NCBI GenBank assembly: GCA_013378385.1
Contig: JACAFS010000014.1
Span: forward strand, 1 to 20,809
Reading direction: 5' to 3'
Length of the DNA stretch: 20,809 nt
Source of the DNA: Nitrososphaerota archaeon
GTDB lineage: Archaea; Thermoproteota; Nitrososphaeria; Nitrososphaerales; UBA57
Shown here: positions 8,104 through 14,607 of the stretch, one piece after another
How positions within the stretch are numbered: the first letter of the stretch is position 1
How the letters are laid out: each line of letters opens with the position of its first letter
Position numbers and translations under genes: made by a program
Notes under the pieces: generated by a model
What the model was told of the DNA's origin: nothing
Seen by the model: only the letters and a program-made list of their open reading frames with translations
Database searches by the model: none

Positions 8104-9207
8104 ATGAACGTAGGACTAGCAGTAGTACTGTCAGCGTTATTGCTCGTTGCAGCAACTCCATTTGCTCTAGCACTTACAATTGCTGGTGACAAGGATGAAT
8201 ACAATCCTAGTGATCAGTTAACTGTCAGTGGTACAGCAGGACCAAATGCGGATATTACATTCAAGGTTTCAAACCCTAATGGTGCACAGGTTGCAGTAGG
8301 TCAAACTACTGCTGACTCAAATGGTGATTACTCAGTAACATTATTGAGATTCCCAAGTGCAGCAACAACTACATTCTCATTCGGAAGTTACACTGTAACT
8401 GCAACAGCAGACGAAGGAACAGCAGAATTAACTGTAACACTTACAGAAGCATCTGCAACTCCAAGTCAACCGGCAGCAAGTTCAGAGAGCGGAGGATTCG
8501 CAGTAGCTGTTACATCAGATGGAACATATAATTCTGGTGATACAGTCTCAATCTTCGTGCTAACAACTGACAACGGCGTCTTAGTCGATGCAACAGTATC
8601 TGTTGCTCGTGTACAGACTCCTAGCGGTTCAGAAAATGTACTAAGTACATGTTCTAAAGTTAGTACTGGATTACAAAAATGCTCATATAATGTAGCTGGT
8701 GGAGTAGGCACCTATGGTGTTCTAGTCCAAGCAAACTCAGATTTGGGTTCAGCAGCAGCAGTTGGAACATTCCAAGTTTCAGCAGGTGTCCAAATTGACA
8801 TCCCTGAAGCAGAAAGCAATGCTCCAATACTCAACGCAATCGCTAGCGTAGCACGCGATGTCGACGGTCTTTCCGACGATATCGATGGCGTTAACGATAA
8901 TGTTGGTGCTATTGATGTTGATGTACCACAAGGTGTGAGTTTAGCTCAAATCAGTAGTGCATTAGATGCAGCAGTTGCCGACGTGAAGTCAGCAGTCTCA
9001 GGCAGTCAATCAGCCATTGAAGAGGAAGTCGAAGAAACTGAAGACGATCTCGAAAATGCTATTGGCAGTATTGTTGAGAATGCAGACGCAGCAGCCGCAG
9101 GCTCTGCACAGGCAGCATCTACAGCTCTAATTGCAGCAGTCCTTGCAGCAATTGCAGTAATACTACAAGTAGTCGTAATCGTTAGAGGAAACGTCCTCAA
9201 AAACTAG
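8104..9207 (+). CDS. Type-I membrane-anchored surface protein: signal peptide, two beta-rich domains, acidic helical stalk, C-terminal TM helix; candidate S-layer anchor/stalk
   Basis: ATG 8104 gives MNVGLAVVLSALLLVAATPFALA, a classical signal peptide. The track's longer version starts at TTG 8068, which has GGAGAGG 10 nt upstream, so the start is ambiguous. Two Thr/Ser/Gly-rich modules follow (…TVSGTAGPNADITFKV…, …FAVAVTSDGTYNSGDTVSIFV…). Next comes an Asp/Ala/Val/Glu-rich low-complexity segment (DVDGLSDDIDGVNDNVGAIDVDV…EEEVEETEDDLENAIGSIVENADAAAAG). The TM helix is ALIAAVLAAIAVILQVVVIV, with a short basic tail RGNVLKN. I found no N-X-S/T sequons. Confidence 0.6.
   Translation: MNVGLAVVLSALLLVAATPFALALTIAGDKDEYNPSDQLTVSGTAGPNADITFKVSNPNGAQVAVGQTTADSNGDYSVTLLRFPSAATTTFSFGSYTVTATADEGTAELTVTLTEASATPSQPAASSESGGFAVAVTSDGTYNSGDTVSIFVLTTDNGVLVDATVSVARVQTPSGSENVLSTCSKVSTGLQKCSYNVAGGVGTYGVLVQANSDLGSAAAVGTFQVSAGVQIDIPEAESNAPILNAIASVARDVDGLSDDIDGVNDNVGAIDVDVPQGVSLAQISSALDAAVADVKSAVSGSQSAIEEEVEETEDDLENAIGSIVENADAAAAGSAQAASTALIAAVLAAIAVILQVVVIVRGNVLKN
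9124..9183 (+). other. C-terminal transmembrane helix of the 8104..9207 product
   Basis: Twenty consecutive hydrophobic residues, ALIAAVLAAIAVILQVVVIV, are followed by R-G-N-V-L-K-N-stop. This is positive-inside and implies N-out/C-in topology. Confidence 0.7.
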
Positions 9208-9213
9208 ATAAAT

Positions 9214-9248
9214 GTGGCGCGTTTACGCGCTCCATTTCTTTTTTTTTA
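9214..9248 (+). terminator. Hairpin plus oligo-T terminator after the surface-protein gene pair
   Basis: TGGCGCG-TTTA-CGCGCTCCA forms a GC-rich stem with one small bulge (9214..9234), which is striking in AT-rich DNA. TTTCTTTTTTTTT follows immediately (9235..9247). Oligo-T tracts are the established archaeal termination signal. Confidence 0.6.
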
Positions 9249-9401
9249 ATCTTTACTTAATGTATATTCTATTCTACAATGGTTTTCTAATTGTTTTTAC
9301 TTCCAAGCCACTATTGTTCCAGCTAATGAACAAAATCTTGGATTTATAGCAGATAGAATATAGATATATGGAAAAATTATTGAATCAAATATAGTCTGAC
9401 T

Positions 9402-9911
9402 TTATCTTCCTTTTAATCCAAATCCTCTCATATTATATTTCTTTTCCATAAAATCATTTTTAGTCCAAAGTGATTTATGCGCTAGCGGTTCTATATCTGG
9501 ATCATTACACAAACTCTTCTTATGAGAATGTAGTGTAGTTGGAGCTGTTACTATATGATGTTTTGATATTCGTTCTAATTCATCCATCAAATGTCTCCCT
9601 TCTTCTTTATGTAAATGTGCTAATACTCCACTTGCTATTGCTATATCTACACTTTTATCCTCATGAGGCAATCTTTCTTTTCCAATATCGACGTTCTTAA
9701 TCTCTGTATAGGCATTTCCAAGTGATTTAGCATAGTCTAATGCTGGCTGATAGCAATCATAACCATATATCTTCAATTCTTTTTGCGGATGATCTAATTT
9801 TAATGCAAATCCTAATCTTCCGAATCCCATTCCTGCATCTACGATTGTACATGATTCTAGTTTACCAATCCATTTTGATAGATGGTGATTTACATATCTG
9901 TTCCATGGCAT
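9402..9911 (-). CDS. Class I SAM-dependent methyltransferase (small, single domain)
   Basis: 169 aa. Motif I is IVDAGMGFGRLG. An acidic residue ends beta-2 (YGYDC). The post-I and motif II region is VDIAIASGVLAHL. It is the last gene of the minus-strand sugar-modification operon, 8 nt after the C-methyltransferase. Confidence 0.65.
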   Translation of the reverse strand: MPWNRYVNHHLSKWIGKLESCTIVDAGMGFGRLGFALKLDHPQKELKIYGYDCYQPALDYAKSLGNAYTEIKNVDIGKERLPHEDKSVDIAIASGVLAHLHKEEGRHLMDELERISKHHIVTAPTTLHSHKKSLCNDPDIEPLAHKSLWTKNDFMEKKYNMRGFGLKGR

Positions 9912-9919
9912 GTTACAAA

Positions 9920-11131
9920 TTACTCCTTCAAAATAACCCTTAATTCTGGCATTGGTATTATGTAATTTAATTTCTGATATTTATCTTCAACTTTTTTTAT
10001 TATCTCATCAGAATAATTCCAAGCAAAAATCATCAAATAATCTGGTATTTCTTTTTCTAATATGTCTGGCGAAGTTATTGGAATATGACTTCCAGGCGTA
10101 AATAATCCTTGTTTTAGTGGCGAATCCTCAATAATTAATTCAATATTACTATTGTCTAAACCAATTGAATTAATCATTGTACTTGATTTTGCAGGTGCGC
10201 CATACCCAAAAATTCTTTTATTATCTTTTTTCAGTTTAACAAATAATTCTCTGATTTGTTCTATGTTGTTCTGCAATTTCTTATTAAAATTCTCTAGTGT
10301 CTGCAAATTGTCTATTCCATTTTCTTTTTCTTCCCTGATTAGATTATTGACACTTTGCTGTGGACTCTTTCCTTCAGATATGTAAGCACGTATTGAACCT
10401 CCATGTGTGGGAATCTTTTCAACATTATATACTGTCATGTTATGTTTGTCGAATAAATTAATCATTGAATGTATCGTATAATATAATACATGTTCATGGT
10501 ATATGTTGTCGAACGTCATATCTCTTATCATATCTGCAAAATACTGCACCTCAACAATATACGTTCCATTTTCTGATAACATTCTCTTGACATTTTCAAT
10601 AATGTCATGATATTCATCTAAATGAGCAAAAACATTTGATGCCACAACTATGTCTGCTTTTCCATTATCTGATATTATCTTGTTAACAGTATCTTTATCA
10701 AAATAAGAACAGATTGTTGCAAGTCCGTTATTATTTGCTTGTTCTGCTAAATTTCCTGCTGGTTCTACACCTATCGCTTTACATCCCAATTCTAATAGTG
10801 GCTTTAGTAAAACTCCGTCATTGGATCCTATATCTACTACTATTTTGGGATTGAATTCAGATTTTATCTTATCAGCTAACTCTGTGAAATGATTTCTTAG
10901 TCCTCCTGATATGGATGAAGCATAGGCATAATCCAGGAATAATTTGTCTCTTGGAATATAGCTCTCATCAGTCAACTGAACAAGTAAACAATTCCTGCAG
11001 CAAGTTACATCTAATGGATACAAAACCTCTTTGTCAAAATCACTTTCTTTAAGAAAAGCATTTGCTGGAGGCTGCCTGTTTAATGAAATAAACTCTAAAA
11101 ATTCTTCTTTATTGCATGACCTACATTTCAA
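9920..11131 (-). CDS. NDP-sugar C-methyltransferase family protein (Zn-ribbon N-domain, class I MTase, C-terminal C-methyltransferase domain; TylCIII-like architecture)
   Basis: 403 aa. It has an N-terminal CRSC…(about 38 residues)…CCRNC zinc-ribbon, then VVDIGSNDGVLLKPL (motif I) and DIVVASNVFAHL, then a C-terminal domain of about 150 aa. Size and layout match NDP-hexose C-methyltransferases. The start must be TTG 11131..11129 because the CxxC begins at codon 3. It overlaps the SDR stop (TTGA). Confidence 0.65.
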   Translation of the reverse strand: MKCRSCNKEEFLEFISLNRQPPANAFLKESDFDKEVLYPLDVTCCRNCLLVQLTDESYIPRDKLFLDYAYASSISGGLRNHFTELADKIKSEFNPKIVVDIGSNDGVLLKPLLELGCKAIGVEPAGNLAEQANNNGLATICSYFDKDTVNKIISDNGKADIVVASNVFAHLDEYHDIIENVKRMLSENGTYIVEVQYFADMIRDMTFDNIYHEHVLYYTIHSMINLFDKHNMTVYNVEKIPTHGGSIRAYISEGKSPQQSVNNLIREEKENGIDNLQTLENFNKKLQNNIEQIRELFVKLKKDNKRIFGYGAPAKSSTMINSIGLDNSNIELIIEDSPLKQGLFTPGSHIPITSPDILEKEIPDYLMIFAWNYSDEIIKKVEDKYQKLNYIIPMPELRVILKE

Positions 11132-11853
11132 ATTTCTGGCACCCTGATTATTGGTTCTTTGTCTTTTATAATTACAATATCTGAACCATTAGATACTTCT
11201 AAATTTCCAGATAATATTCTTGATATCACTTCATTTATTCTCGATGTATCTTGTTGATTCTCTGCATCTTCTTGCCCGAATACCATTGCTCTCATTCCTG
11301 TATTGACTCCTGCAGGAGAGATTGAAATACACTTTATTCCTGTGTCTTGTACTTCTTTTGCAACTGATTCAGTTAATCCTCTTACAGCAAATTTTGCTGC
11401 TGTATAAGCTGATAATTTTGGCACTGCTCTCCTTCCTGCTCTTGACGATATATTAATTATAGTTCCCGAATTGTTCTTTTTCATTATTGGTATTGTGTAT
11501 TTCATCATATTGAATGTAGGTAACAAGTTATCTCTTACAACTGAATTTAACATCTTTGAATCTATCTCTTCTACTAAAGCTAAATTATGCGCTACTCCGG
11601 CATTGTTAATTAAAATGTCTATCCTGTTCTCTTTTTGTAAAATGGTTTTTACATATTTCTCCACGTTTAGTTCATCGGCTAAATCTAATAATTCAAAATT
11701 ACATTCTTGTTTACTTTCAGTTGTTAATTCTCTCTCGTTTCTTGAAGATCCATAAACCCGTGCACCTTCTTTGACGAAATAATTTAATAATGAATACCCT
11801 ATTCCACTAGACGCACCAGTCAAAACAACTATCTTATTCTCAAATGCTTTCAT
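11128..11853 (-). CDS. Classical short-chain dehydrogenase/reductase (SDR), probable sugar ketoreductase
   Basis: 241 aa. Motifs: TGASSGIGYS (TGxxxGxG), NNAG, catalytic Ser (ISS) and YTAAK (YxxxK). ATGA overlap with the cupin gene. Confidence 0.75.
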   Translation of the reverse strand: MKAFENKIVVLTGASSGIGYSLLNYFVKEGARVYGSSRNERELTTESKQECNFELLDLADELNVEKYVKTILQKENRIDILINNAGVAHNLALVEEIDSKMLNSVVRDNLLPTFNMMKYTIPIMKKNNSGTIINISSRAGRRAVPKLSAYTAAKFAVRGLTESVAKEVQDTGIKCISISPAGVNTGMRAMVFGQEDAENQQDTSRINEVISRILSGNLEVSNGSDIVIIKDKEPIIRVPEI

Positions 11854-12221
11854 ATTATTTCATATGGTATTGTATCTTTATCATATTTACCCTTAAGTCG
11901 TTTTTCTGTTGTCATTGCTAAAAATACTGAACTCTCAAGAAACTTCATTGCGTGAGGAACTCCCGGTGCACTGTATACCATCTCTCCAGCTTTTACAATT
12001 GCCTTTTCTATCTTTCCACTCTTCCTCTCTTCATAATACTCCATCTTTCCTTTGATTATGTATGACCAATGAGAATCTCTCTTATGATAATGGTTTGCTC
12101 TTACTGCACCTTTCTTGGATGTTATGATCACAATGCTTGTAACTGGACTCTCTAAAATATTTGTGATCTTTCCTCTCTTGTCTATAAACGATTCTTTTAT
12201 CTTGATTACTTTTATTGCCAT
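11850..12221 (-). CDS. Small cupin-fold protein; candidate NDP-sugar isomerase/epimerase (FdtA/WxcM- or RmlC-related)
   Basis: About 123 aa from ATG 12221 (MAIKVIKIK…). The core VRANHYHKRDSHWSYIIKGKMEY…PGVPHAM shows the His-containing cupin motifs. The track's start at 12239 is a TTG. ATG 12221 forms a TAATG junction with the upstream gene and is preferred. Confidence 0.5.
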   Translation of the reverse strand: MAIKVIKIKESFIDKRGKITNILESPVTSIVIITSKKGAVRANHYHKRDSHWSYIIKGKMEYYEERKSGKIEKAIVKAGEMVYSAPGVPHAMKFLESSVFLAMTTEKRLKGKYDKDTIPYEII

Positions 12222-13132
12222 TATAAATTCTTCATCCAATTTACTGTTTTTTCTATACCTTCTTCAAATGATATCTTTGGCGTATATCCAAAATCTCTTC
12301 TTGCTTTTTCTATAGATAACGATAATCTCATTCCTTTCTCGCCTGACCTCCATGGCAAGTTCTTTATCTCTGACTTGCTATCTGTTTGTTTTATAACTAG
12401 ATCTGCTATGTCTTTTATCGAATAATCTTTACCGTATGCTATATTATAAACACCGTTGACTTCAGATTCTGCCATTGATATCATTGCATCAACTAGATTC
12501 TGTACATAATTAAAGTCTGTTGATTGACTACCGTCTCCCTCTATTGTAATTGAAGCATCTTCTAAAGCCTGTTTGATAAATATCGGTATTACCTGTTGTA
12601 ATCTAGAATTCGGACCAAATAACCCACTACTTCTAATTACTGTTATGGGCAATCCAAATGATTCAGCATAACTTTGACACATTAAATCAGCAGCAGCTTT
12701 CCCTGCACCATATGGATCTGTCGGTCTCAATACGTCGTCTTCTGACACTGATGAATTTTCTGCCTTTCCATATACATTCTTACTACTCATAAAAATTAAT
12801 TGTGTATTCTTCTTCGCTCGAATTAGTTCTAAAACATTTATCAAACCTGCGGTATTTGTATGAAAAGAATATTTAGGAGAAGAAAGAACTAGAGGAACAT
12901 CTGCCTGAGCTGCTAAAAATAATATGCAATCAATATCCGCAATATCTTTTTCATTCAAATCTTCTGCACTTTTCCAAATATAATTGATTGATTCCATTTT
13001 ATCTCCTATTCGATTTGCATAATGAGGTCCAATTATGTCTGATACAGAAACATCCGCTTGTTTTTCTAGTAACTCAGTAATTATATGCGACCCTAAGAAT
13101 CCAGAGCCACCTACTATTAGATAGTTCTTCAT
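12221..13132 (-). CDS. NAD-dependent nucleotide-sugar epimerase/dehydratase (extended SDR)
   Basis: 303 aa. Motifs: VGGSGFLGSHI (GxxGxxG), MSSKNVYG (catalytic Ser region), YGAGK (YxxxK). It is the first gene of the five-gene minus-strand operon. Confidence 0.75.
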   Translation of the reverse strand: MKNYLIVGGSGFLGSHIITELLEKQADVSVSDIIGPHYANRIGDKMESINYIWKSAEDLNEKDIADIDCILFLAAQADVPLVLSSPKYSFHTNTAGLINVLELIRAKKNTQLIFMSSKNVYGKAENSSVSEDDVLRPTDPYGAGKAAADLMCQSYAESFGLPITVIRSSGLFGPNSRLQQVIPIFIKQALEDASITIEGDGSQSTDFNYVQNLVDAMISMAESEVNGVYNIAYGKDYSIKDIADLVIKQTDSKSEIKNLPWRSGEKGMRLSLSIEKARRDFGYTPKISFEEGIEKTVNWMKNL

Positions 13133-13156
13133 TGAATACTTTGGAATTCCAATACA

Positions 13157-13164
13157 TTATATAT
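13157..13164. promoter_or_regulatory. Central palindromic TATA box (TTATATAT) of a 55-nt divergent spacer; candidate bidirectional promoter giving two leaderless mRNAs
   Basis: The box centre (about 13160.5) lies about 28 nt from ATG 13132 on the minus strand and about 28 nt from ATG 13188 on the plus strand. This is the canonical archaeal TATA-to-TSS distance in both directions. Confidence 0.45.
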
Positions 13165-13187
13165 GAATCTTCATGAATTCTGTTTAT

Positions 13188-13955
13188 ATGAAAATAGTTG
13201 GCTGTATGCAAGTTGGAGGAGACTGTTCTTGGATATTGGATTCTAGTCTGACAAATATGTCTGAAATAGTTGATGAAATTGTTCTTGTTGGCGGCAGCGT
13301 TTCTGATGATAGTAAAAAAATTATTGAAAGATGTAACAAAGTAGTTGAAACTAATTTCTATCCTGATAATCAATCTCGTATTGAATGGGACGATATGAAT
13401 TCTCTTTTACTTATGGCAAAAAATCACGGTGCAGATTGGATCTTGTTCATGGATGCAGACGAAACATTTGAACCTAGATTTAAGACAACAATTCGTGATT
13501 ACATCAATAATCCTGATGTAGGAATGTATAAATTCCGTCGATATTGGCTTTGGAATACCATGGAACAATATCGAGTTGACCGACCTGAAAAATTTTCTTC
13601 TCTTGCCTACAATAGTTACTTGGTTCGTGCTACTCCCACTCTTCATTTTCCTAATCCTGCTGGATCTTTATGGAAAAGATTAATCAAACATTTACAAGGT
13701 AAAGAAAAACTTAAACCATATTTTGGTAGGGAGCCTATTACTGGAATAATGGGCGACATTCTTGAAAGTGACGTTGTATTACTTCATCATGCTGCCTTAA
13801 ACTGGGAACAATTTGTAAAAAATCAAATGTGGTATTCCATGTTACTCGCTAAACGTCAACCTTTGGATCCTGAAAAAGATATTGTAAATCAATTTTATAG
13901 TATATTGGATGAATCAACTCTCGAATTGAAACCTATCAATAAAGATTGGTTATAA
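13188..13955 (+). CDS. Glycosyltransferase family 2-like protein
   Basis: 255 aa from ATG 13188 (MKIVGCMQVGGD…), or 260 aa from ATG 13173 as in the track. It has an Asp-rich nucleotide-binding region (VGGSVSDDSKKII) and a DxD motif in WILFMDADETF. Promoter geometry favours 13188. Confidence 0.55.
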   Translation: MKIVGCMQVGGDCSWILDSSLTNMSEIVDEIVLVGGSVSDDSKKIIERCNKVVETNFYPDNQSRIEWDDMNSLLLMAKNHGADWILFMDADETFEPRFKTTIRDYINNPDVGMYKFRRYWLWNTMEQYRVDRPEKFSSLAYNSYLVRATPTLHFPNPAGSLWKRLIKHLQGKEKLKPYFGREPITGIMGDILESDVVLLHHAALNWEQFVKNQMWYSMLLAKRQPLDPEKDIVNQFYSILDESTLELKPINKDWL

Positions 13956-13960
13956 AAAAC

Positions 13961-14218
13961 TTATTCTAACTTCTTTACTTTTGCATGTTCATCTAAAATT
14001 CCTTCTATCGCCAGTATGTCCTTATAATATACTTTTGACTTGAAGTCACAATATCCGCAAATTACTCTTATAAAACTAAATTTTGGATCCATTGTTACTC
14101 TTAACGAACATGGCAGTTCTCCTCCATTATCGTCTTTAAGTGGACATGAGCTGCATTTTACTCCTTTTACTGTTCTAATGATTCTAAATTTACCTTTCTC
14201 GCTCAATAAATAATTCAC
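13961..14218 (-). CDS. Small zinc-ribbon protein (CxxC…CxxC), function unknown
   Basis: 85 aa. CSSC (residues 22-25) and CGYC (54-57), plus one further Cys at 37. It starts at GTG 14218 (or TTG 14206) and overlaps the 3' end of the QueF-like gene by 29 nt (or 17 nt), implying translational coupling. Confidence 0.4.
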   Translation of the reverse strand: MNYLLSEKGKFRIIRTVKGVKCSSCPLKDDNGGELPCSLRVTMDPKFSFIRVICGYCDFKSKVYYKDILAIEGILDEHAKVKKLE

Positions 14219-14570
14219 GTTCGAATGAGTCTATTGCCAATTTTGATGTTATTCCTCCCCTAGGCCTGAACTTCATCTCAATTAACAATCTCTTTGGTTT
14301 GTACACCTGTATCAAATCATCATAAATTACATTAATTACTCTTTCATACGAAGCAATTTGATTTCTATATTGTTGTAGATATAACTTTAAAGATTTTAAC
14401 TCAATTACAGATTTTTCTGGAATCATTGTTATAGTTATTGTTGCATAATCTGGTTGATTCTTTGCTCCATAAAATGTAAATTCTGGCGCATCTATCTCAA
14501 TTTCATAAGGCTCTAACGCTGGGTTTGTTATCTTTTTTAATACGCGTTTATTGGTTTTCAATACAGTCAT
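14190..14570 (-). CDS. QueF-like T-fold protein lacking any cysteine (unimodular QueF / QueF-L family relative)
   Basis: 126 aa. PEFTFYGAKNQPDYATITITMIPEKSVIELKSLKLYLQQYRNQIASYERVINVIYDDL…KFRPRGGI aligns by eye with B. subtilis QueF ([23 protein letters not shown]…VESKSLKLYLFSFRNH…FHE…FTPRGGI). This includes the QueF motif E-x-K-S-L-K-L-Y. The position of the catalytic Cys is occupied by Gly/Ala, and the whole ORF contains no Cys. Confidence 0.55.
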   Translation of the reverse strand: MTVLKTNKRVLKKITNPALEPYEIEIDAPEFTFYGAKNQPDYATITITMIPEKSVIELKSLKLYLQQYRNQIASYERVINVIYDDLIQVYKPKRLLIEMKFRPRGGITSKLAIDSFERELFIERER

Positions 14571-14607
14571 TTATTACTATATAATCACTATTTACATCTT
14601 AATTAGA

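Noticed and set aside
3852-9207. The GC-rich block could be a horizontally acquired island.
   Set aside because: The shift begins and ends at the CDS boundaries. It appears concentrated in codon positions 1 and 2 (Thr/Ala/Gly/Ser codons), while third positions stay A/T-rich like the host. No integrase, transposase or flanking direct repeats are visible. I kept it only as a low-interest finding to be quantified.
7800-9207. An archaeosortase-type C-terminal sorting signal (PGF-CTERM or PEFG-CTERM-like) might be present on either surface protein.
   Set aside because: The large protein ends in …SPVKSVTFTIA with no hydrophobic helix. The small protein has a TM helix and a basic tail, but no PGF/PEF(G)-like motif precedes the helix (the sequence there is …AQAASTALIAAV…). 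A plain TM anchor is the simpler reading.
12221-12239. The track's longer starts for three genes: the cupin (12239), the ATP-grasp protein (19272) and the anchor protein (8068).
   Set aside because: 12239 is a TTG lying 18 nt inside the upstream gene, whereas ATG 12221 makes a canonical TAATG junction. 19272 is a GTG only 4 codons upstream of ATG 19284. 8068 is a TTG, while ATG 8104 gives a textbook signal peptide, although 8068 has a GGAGAGG upstream and remains possible. The shorter ATG starts were preferred, without certainty.
13074-13373. A 99-aa minus-strand ORF spans the divergent promoter and overlaps the starts of two well-supported genes.
   Set aside because: It overlaps the N-terminal Rossmann motif region of 12221..13132 and the 5' part of 13188..13955 in other frames. 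Its Ile/Asn/Phe/Tyr-rich composition is typical of random AT-rich ORFs, and it has no motif. The same reasoning applies to 469..678, 1017..1280, 10152..10385, 11471..11755, 12115..12315, 13407..13646, 14876..15244, 15410..15784, 16339..16539, 16822..17106, 17578..17808, 17944..18204 and 18223..18465.
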